Shown: piece by piece, positions 32,170 to 32,241 of the stretch
Layout: each line of letters opens with the position of its first letter
Numbering within the stretch: the stretch's first letter is position 1
NCBI GenBank assembly: GCA_964580745.1
Contig: CAZOKS010000004.1
Span: 1-32,241 of the forward strand
Length of the DNA: 32,241 bases
DNA from: an uncultured Methanosarcinales archaeon
GTDB taxonomy: Archaea > Nanobdellota > Nanobdellia > Woesearchaeales > UBA119
Direction of reading: 5' to 3'
Notes under the pieces: generated by a model
What the model was told of the DNA's origin: nothing
What the model saw: only the letters and a program-made list of their open reading frames with translations
The model's database searches: none
Made by a program: the position numbers and the translations under genes

Positions 32170-32241
32170 AGCTTCTAATTACTTTATCTAAATCATTAAG
32201 AAAACGAGATACTGTATTAGTAAGATGCTCAGGTTGAGTGG
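32156..32241 (-). CDS. Possible 3' end of a convergent gene entering from beyond the window
   Basis: The reverse-strand frame reads ...TQPEHLTNTVSRFLNDLDKVIRSFKPK* with a TAA stop at 32158-32156, overlapping the alaX 3' end by 14 nt. Only 28 codons are visible and no family call is possible. Confidence 0.25.
   Translation of the reverse strand, partial: TQPEHLTNTVSRFLNDLDKVIRSFKPK

Noticed and set aside
1-32241. CRISPR arrays, transposases or integrases, inteins, split genes, and stop-codon reassignment
   Set aside because: There are no regularly spaced direct repeats. No ORF has recombinase, transposase or Cas signatures. The RNR, XPD, GroEL and PheRS lengths are normal, with no intein-sized insertions. 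TAA, TAG and TGA all terminate well-supported genes, so the standard code applies.

Overview
The window is a gene-dense (about 90% coding), AT-rich stretch of an archaeal chromosome. GC is roughly 38-40% by hand counts on a few 60-nt lines. The informational genes are all archaeal. They include pheS-pheT, a DRG GTPase, aCPSF1 next to proteasome beta, XPD/Rad3, the conserved L44e-S27e-aIF2alpha-Nop10-PAC2 string, Taw1, a Trm11-like tRNA methyltransferase and AlaX. Tight or overlapping gene junctions, AMP phosphorylase, a class II RNR, a serpin and a bacterial-type groES-groEL operon point to a small-genome, DPANN-like uncultivated archaeon. That assignment is inference only.

Three tRNA genes are present: Thr-GGU, Arg-UCU and Val-GAC. 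I see no rRNA, CRISPR array, transposase, integrase, intein or stop-codon recoding. I found no clear-cut novel multi-gene system.

The stretches most worth a second look are:
- the bacterial-type group I chaperonin operon in archaeal context;
- the lower-GC stretch 6.4-10.5 kb, which carries a lipobox protein, a stand-alone DUF4346-like gene, a gene flanked by inverted repeats, a possible wHTH gene remnant and a wHTH-MNT/HEPN pair;
- a glycoprotein / 77-aa / rhomboid gene string;
- a 118-aa stand-alone Rossmann-like protein, followed by a TTATCTTT word array upstream of nrdJ;
- an Lrp-adjacent cluster of very small acidic or helical ORFs, next to a PPDK_N-like ATP-grasp protein with a degenerate motif and a long E/Q/N-rich tail;
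- a ~25-nt box shared by two otherwise unrelated promoter regions.

Many long ORFs in the supplied track are antisense artefacts of real genes. Several real starts are probably internal ATGs downstream of the GTG/TTG starts used by the track.
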